From contig JBHLJY010000002.1 in NCBI GenBank assembly GCA_048887225.1, positions 1 to 64,000 on the forward strand: DNA of 64,000 nucleotides, given 5' to 3'. A program made the position numbers and the translations under genes. Below, piece by piece: positions 58,965-64,000 of the stretch. The notes beneath the pieces were generated by a model, which saw only the letters and a list, made by a program, of their open reading frames with translations, did no database searches and was not told the DNA's origin. The first letter of the stretch is position 1. Every line of letters begins with the position of its first letter. This stretch comes from Candidatus Hodarchaeota archaeon (GTDB lineage: Archaea; Asgardarchaeota; Lokiarchaeia; Sigyniarchaeales; SOKP01).

Positions 58965-61829
58965 ATGAATGATAATCCCATTATAATTAAAGGGGCTAGG
59001 CAGAACAACTTAAAGAATATCGACGTAATTATTCCCAGAAACAAATTAGTTGTGATCACTGGAGTAAGTGGAAGTGGCAAAAGTTCTTTAGCAATGGATA
59101 CTTTATACGCTGAGGGACAAAGAAGATTTCTAGAATCACTATCTAGCTACGCACGACAATTTTTAGGAGAGATGGACAAACCCGATGTAGATTCGATTGA
59201 AGGATTATCCCCTGCAATTGCCATAGAACAAAAGCCTCTATCAAAAAATCCACGAAGCACAGTGGGCACAGTAACCGAAATTTACGATTATTACAGATTA
59301 TTATTCGCGAATGCAGGAATTCCTCATTGTCCAAATTGCGGAAAAGAAATTAAACCTCAAACTCCTCAACAGATTATAGAGCAGGTGTTAAGCTCCATAA
59401 AGGAAAATCAGAAATTTATAATAAAAGCTCCTCTTATCAGAGATAGAAAAGGTGAATACAAAGATCTACTACAGGATCTAAAAAAACAAGGTTACGTAAG
59501 GGTAGAAATTGATGGGATTCAATATACTCTTGACGAAGAAATAACACTGGATAAAAATGTAAAACATAATGTAAGCGTTATAATAGATAGGTTAGTTATG
59601 AAAAAAGATGTAAGAACTCGACTAGCAGACTCAATAGAAAATGCACTAGAATTAACAGAAGGGATTGTAATAATCGATGTGGTTGAGGAAGAAGAACAAA
59701 TGTATTCGGAACACTATGCATGTTTGGATTGTCAAATTTCATTACCTCCAATAGATCATAAAATGTTCTCATTTAATATTCCTCATGGGAGTTGTAAGTA
59801 TTGTAACGGATTAGGCTCAGTTATGGAATTTGATTATAGCCTAATATTAGGAGATAATGTTTATGTACCACTTGCGGAAAGTGGAATTAGAAATATTCCT
59901 GGATTTGGGTCCTCAACAGGTTATTCGTGGCAAATGATAAAACAAGTAGCAAATCACTACGGATTTAACATTAATAAAACTCATATTAATGAGATCGATC
60001 CTAAAAAATTACATAAATTATTATTTGGCTCTGGAGATGAGAGTATAAATTTTCATTTTATAAGTGAAAAAAATGATTATAGGAATAGTACATTTTCAAC
60101 CTGGGAGACAAATCGCACTTTCGAGGGAATTATCCCAATGCTGCATCGAAGATATATGGAAACAACATCAGAAGCAGCTCGCGAAGTGTATGAAAGCTTT
60201 ATGAATAGGATTAATTGCCCTCAATGTAATGGGCAACGATTAAAAGCAGAAAGTTTAGCCGTGACTATCAGCAACTTAAATATAGCAGAATTATCTAATC
60301 ACACAGTAAAAGACGCCATTACATTTTTTAAGGAATTAGAACTAGATGAGGTTCGAAAAATAATTGTAAAAGAAGTTTTAAAAGAAATTAAAGATCGATT
60401 ATCATTCTTGAATAATGTTGGATTAGATTATATTCAATTAAGCCGAAGATCAGATACATTATCCGTAGGAGAAGCTGAAAGAATTAGATTAGCAACCCAA
60501 TTAGGATCAACTCTAGTTGGTGTATTGTATGTTTTAGATGAACCTACAATTGGTTTACATCAGAGAGATATTTTACGTTTAGTCAAAATGTTAAAAAAAT
60601 TAAGAGATTTAGGAAATACTGTGCTAGTTGTCGAACATGATGAAGCTGTCATTGAAAATGCAGATCATATCATTGATTTAGGGCCTTTAGCGGGAGAAAA
60701 TGGAGGAGAGATAGTTGCTCAGGGGTCAATAGAAGAAATTATTAAATCCAATTCTTTAACTGGCAAGTATTTATCTGGAAAGGAAGAAATAGAAATACCT
60801 AAAAAGAGGAGAGATGTTCCTGAAAAATTTATTGAAATAAAGGGGGCTAGAGAACATAATCTAAAAAATATTAATTTACGAATTCCGTTAGGTGTATTCA
60901 CATGCATTACTGGAGTTTCAGGGGCGGGAAAAACCAGTTTAATAATAGATTGCTTATATAGGGGATTGCATAATCTCATTAATATTCGTAGTTCTAAAAT
61001 TAAAACTGGAGATTTTGATGAAATAATCGGATATGAGAAACTCGATAAAATCATTAATATTGATCAATCACCAATAGGAAAGACACCAAGGTCAGTTCCA
61101 GCAACATATTCTAAAGCTATGGATTATATTAGAGATATATTTGCGGCATTACCGGAATCTAGAGAAAGAGGGTATAAAAAAGGGAGATTCAGTTTTAATA
61201 CAAAGGCTGGCCATTGTAGAAAATGTAGAGGTACGGGCTACATCCTTAAGGAAATGTATTTTCTTCCAGATGTTTATATTAGATGTGATTTATGTAAAGG
61301 AAAGCGTTATAATGCAGAAACTCTTGAAATTAAATATAGGGGAATAACTATTTCAGATGTTCTAGATATGACTTTTGATCACGCTTTACAATTTTTTGAT
61401 AGTTATCCAAACCTAAAAAGAACACTTCAAACTGTAGTTGATGTTGGCTTAGGCTATCTAGAATTAGGGCAATCATCAACCACTTTAAGCGGCGGTGAAT
61501 CTCAGAGGTTAAAAATTGCCAGAGAATTAAGAAAAACAAGCACAGGTAATACATTATACATTCTTGATGAGCCTACGACTGGATTAAGTGCTTACGATAT
61601 TAAGATTTTATTAAAAGTACTTCAAAGATTAGTTGATAAAGGTAATACAGTAATAATTATTGAACATAATATGGAAATTATAAAATCTGTAGATTATATT
61701 ATAGATTTAGGTTTAGAAGGTGGTGATGAAGGTGGTGAAATTGTTGTTATGGGAAGTCCAGAAGAAATTATTAGAAATGGCAGATCCTACACAGCTGGAT
61801 ACTTAAAAAAATATCTAAATCAAAAATAA
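58965..61829 (+). CDS. uvrA: Excinuclease ABC subunit A
   Basis: Two ABC ATPase modules (GVSGSGKS, GVSGAGKT), Zn fingers, LSGGESQR. Confidence 0.99.
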   Translation: MNDNPIIIKGARQNNLKNIDVIIPRNKLVVITGVSGSGKSSLAMDTLYAEGQRRFLESLSSYARQFLGEMDKPDVDSIEGLSPAIAIEQKPLSKNPRSTVGTVTEIYDYYRLLFANAGIPHCPNCGKEIKPQTPQQIIEQVLSSIKENQKFIIKAPLIRDRKGEYKDLLQDLKKQGYVRVEIDGIQYTLDEEITLDKNVKHNVSVIIDRLVMKKDVRTRLADSIENALELTEGIVIIDVVEEEEQMYSEHYACLDCQISLPPIDHKMFSFNIPHGSCKYCNGLGSVMEFDYSLILGDNVYVPLAESGIRNIPGFGSSTGYSWQMIKQVANHYGFNINKTHINEIDPKKLHKLLFGSGDESINFHFISEKNDYRNSTFSTWETNRTFEGIIPMLHRRYMETTSEAAREVYESFMNRINCPQCNGQRLKAESLAVTISNLNIAELSNHTVKDAITFFKELELDEVRKIIVKEVLKEIKDRLSFLNNVGLDYIQLSRRSDTLSVGEAERIRLATQLGSTLVGVLYVLDEPTIGLHQRDILRLVKMLKKLRDLGNTVLVVEHDEAVIENADHIIDLGPLAGENGGEIVAQGSIEEIIKSNSLTGKYLSGKEEIEIPKKRRDVPEKFIEIKGAREHNLKNINLRIPLGVFTCITGVSGAGKTSLIIDCLYRGLHNLINIRSSKIKTGDFDEIIGYEKLDKIINIDQSPIGKTPRSVPATYSKAMDYIRDIFAALPESRERGYKKGRFSFNTKAGHCRKCRGTGYILKEMYFLPDVYIRCDLCKGKRYNAETLEIKYRGITISDVLDMTFDHALQFFDSYPNLKRTLQTVVDVGLGYLELGQSSTTLSGGESQRLKIARELRKTSTGNTLYILDEPTTGLSAYDIKILLKVLQRLVDKGNTVIIIEHNMEIIKSVDYIIDLGLEGGDEGGEIVVMGSPEEIIRNGRSYTAGYLKKYLNQK

Positions 61830-61857
61830 ATTCTTTAAATTGTAGAAAAATATTTTC

Positions 61858-62583
61858 TTATTTTTCCTTTAAAAGAAGTTTTTTCATCCAATTAGGTAGT
61901 ATGAAACCACCATAAAATTCGAAAGCACTTGAAATTAATATTAATCTACCCACAATTAAAATTATAATTGAAATATGACTAAAAATCTCCAATATGGCCC
62001 CTATAATAAAGAAATAAATTGCGAACAGTAAAAGTTTTCCTTTTAATTTAATTTCTGGATTGTCAGATTTTAGAGAACTCCTTCCAAATAAAGTACCTGT
62101 AATTAATACTAAGATTATCATAGAAATTTGATAAGCAGTCACTATTAAACCGTATGTAGCATCAACAGGACTTAACACTTCTCCAAGCATATTCGGATTT
62201 GTAAAAAGAAAATATAAATAGTAAACTTCAAACGCAGCGCTATAAATTCCAAATATTAATAGAATTAATTTTTGTTTTTCTTTATATAAAAGGTCGGTAA
62301 ACGCAACCATCCAAATAAATGAGGTGATTGGAAGGAGGGCATTTCCCAGAAACATATATAAATTGTCATCAATTCCAGCTCCTGTTGTGAGAATCAATAA
62401 TACTGAAAGCGAACTAGAATACCAAATTGATGTTAATCCAATCCAAGTAAATCCAACTAATAGCAATGCTTTTTGTTTATATTTAAAATATTTCGAAGCA
62501 ATTGTTAATCCAAGAATTATTGAAATAGAAACAAAAACAATACTAAATATTCCGTTAATCAATTCGAGTGGTGTTAATTCCAT
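61858..62583 (-). CDS. Seven-TM membrane protein of unknown function
   Basis: About 7 hydrophobic helices; no soluble domain. Confidence 0.7.
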   Translation of the reverse strand: MELTPLELINGIFSIVFVSISIILGLTIASKYFKYKQKALLLVGFTWIGLTSIWYSSSLSVLLILTTGAGIDDNLYMFLGNALLPITSFIWMVAFTDLLYKEKQKLILLIFGIYSAAFEVYYLYFLFTNPNMLGEVLSPVDATYGLIVTAYQISMIILVLITGTLFGRSSLKSDNPEIKLKGKLLLFAIYFFIIGAILEIFSHISIIILIVGRLILISSAFEFYGGFILPNWMKKLLLKEK

Positions 62584-62824
62584 AAAGAAATTTCAATGTT
62601 TTTATTTTTAAATATTATAATAAGAAACATTTATTAAAATATTTATTAATAGAGTCTCGTTTGGATTGGATTAAATTATATCTTCCTTATTATAATAAAA
62701 TTTATCTCAAACTCAATTATTTTATAAAATAAAGAAAAAAATACTAAACAATTGTTATCTTTTTTTAAAACAACGATTAATATTTAATTCATTAAGAAGC
62801 CCTAATAGAATATCGTGAGAAAAA

Positions 62825-64000
62825 ATGACAATAAGCGGAGAAAAGATAATTAGAGCACCGATTGCTTGTATTCTGGGTCATATTGACCATGGGAAAACTT
62901 CTCTATTGGATTACATTCGTGGTACTGTAGTTCAAAAAAGAGAGGCGGCAGGGATTACACAACACATTGGGGCTTCCTATTTTCCAACTGAAGATATTAA
63001 AGACTTCTTAATGAAGTCAAAAAAAGAATTTGCTGAAAAAGAAATTAAACTTCCGGGGATTTTAGTTGTCGATACACCTGGTCATGCAGCCTTCATGAAT
63101 TTGAGAAAAAGAGGTGGAGCTGTTGCAGATATTGCTATTTTAGTCATTGATGTTACAACAGGTACTATGCCTATAACTTGGGAATCCGTTCGAATATTAA
63201 GAGAACGTAAAACTCCTTTTGTAATTTCTGCCAATAAGATCGATAGAATTTCAGGTTGGAAATCTATAAAGGATGCTGATTTTTTGGATTCATACAATAA
63301 TCAAAAGCCTCATGTGAAAGAATTTTTAGATGAGAAGCTACTTGAAATTATGGGTAATTTCTTGGAAGAAGGATTCAAAGGAATTGATAGATACGATAAG
63401 ATAAAAGATTTTACAAAAAAAATCGCAATAGTTCCAACCAGTGCTAAGACTGGAGAAGGAATTTCTACTCTTTTAATGATATTAATGGGATTAGTCCAAC
63501 AATACCTTACACAGAATTTAAAATTCTCTGAAGGACCAGCTAAGGGCGTTGTACTAGAAGTCAAAAAAGAGAAAGGCTATGGAAAAACTATTGATATTTT
63601 AATATATGATGGAATTATCAAAAAAGGTGACAACTTTATCGTTGGAGGATTAGAAAAACCGATTAAATCAAAAGTTAGAGCCTTGTTAATGCCAAAACCT
63701 TTAGATGAAATTAGAGATCCGAGACAAAAATTTGATTCTAAAGAACTAATAAGTGCTGCTGCAGGTCTTAAAATACTCGCTCCAAATATTGAAGATGTAG
63801 TGGCAGGATCTCCTTTTAAAATAATAGCAGATCCTTCCGAAGAGGAAAATGTATACAACGAAATTGAAGCAGAAGTTGAAAGCATAAAAATAAAAACCGA
63901 TAAAGCTGGTGTTGTTTTAAAAACTGATACATTAGGATCTCTTGAAGCTTTAGAAAATCATTTTACAAAAAATGGAGTAAAGATTTCCATAGCAGATGTA
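62825..64000 (+). CDS. infB: Translation initiation factor aIF5B/IF-2, 3'-partial
   Basis: Not in ORF track (runs off window): MTISGEKIIRAPIACILGHIDHGKTSLLD..GITQHIGA..DTPGH..NKID. Confidence 0.97.
   Translation, partial: MTISGEKIIRAPIACILGHIDHGKTSLLDYIRGTVVQKREAAGITQHIGASYFPTEDIKDFLMKSKKEFAEKEIKLPGILVVDTPGHAAFMNLRKRGGAVADIAILVIDVTTGTMPITWESVRILRERKTPFVISANKIDRISGWKSIKDADFLDSYNNQKPHVKEFLDEKLLEIMGNFLEEGFKGIDRYDKIKDFTKKIAIVPTSAKTGEGISTLLMILMGLVQQYLTQNLKFSEGPAKGVVLEVKKEKGYGKTIDILIYDGIIKKGDNFIVGGLEKPIKSKVRALLMPKPLDEIRDPRQKFDSKELISAAAGLKILAPNIEDVVAGSPFKIIADPSEEENVYNEIEAEVESIKIKTDKAGVVLKTDTLGSLEALENHFTKNGVKISIADV

Noticed and set aside
63082-63885. Three minus-strand ORFs at the window end
   Set aside because: Antisense to the aIF5B gene that runs off the window.
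1-64000. tRNA/rRNA genes, CRISPR arrays, transposases, inteins, further frame-breaking introns
   Set aside because: None recognised by eye. In-frame introns without stops cannot be excluded without a covariance/BHB scan.

Overview
AT-rich archaeal chromosome segment, most likely from an Asgard archaeon of the Lokiarchaeia type. This is inferred from archaeal informational genes together with Snf7/ESCRT-III, roadblock, Rab-like and Arf-like GTPases and a histone. Most of the window is housekeeping: RNA polymerase A'/A''/F/L, ribosomal proteins, EF-1alpha, aIF2alpha, aIF5B, PCNA, primase, GINS, RFC, RPA14, Pus10, TruA, KsgA, AglB, UvrAB, enolase and PyrB. I recognised no tRNA, rRNA, CRISPR array or mobile element. 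The main finding is missing from the ORF track: a cold-shock protein gene (11357-11656, minus strand) interrupted by a 30-nt insert containing stop codons. The insert folds into an archaeal bulge-helix-bulge (BHB) motif whose predicted cut sites restore the conserved V-K|W-F reading exactly, so it is a candidate tRNA-endonuclease-spliced mRNA intron. Other notable items are probable ATC/ATA start codons in three genes (including uS12), a histone-H1-like tail on RNA polymerase A', a B-box/PH-like/steadiness-box protein near a lone Snf7 gene, and an apparently inactive HTH-ATP-cone-NrdD-like protein. All family calls and RNA pairings were made by eye; no searches or folding programs were run.
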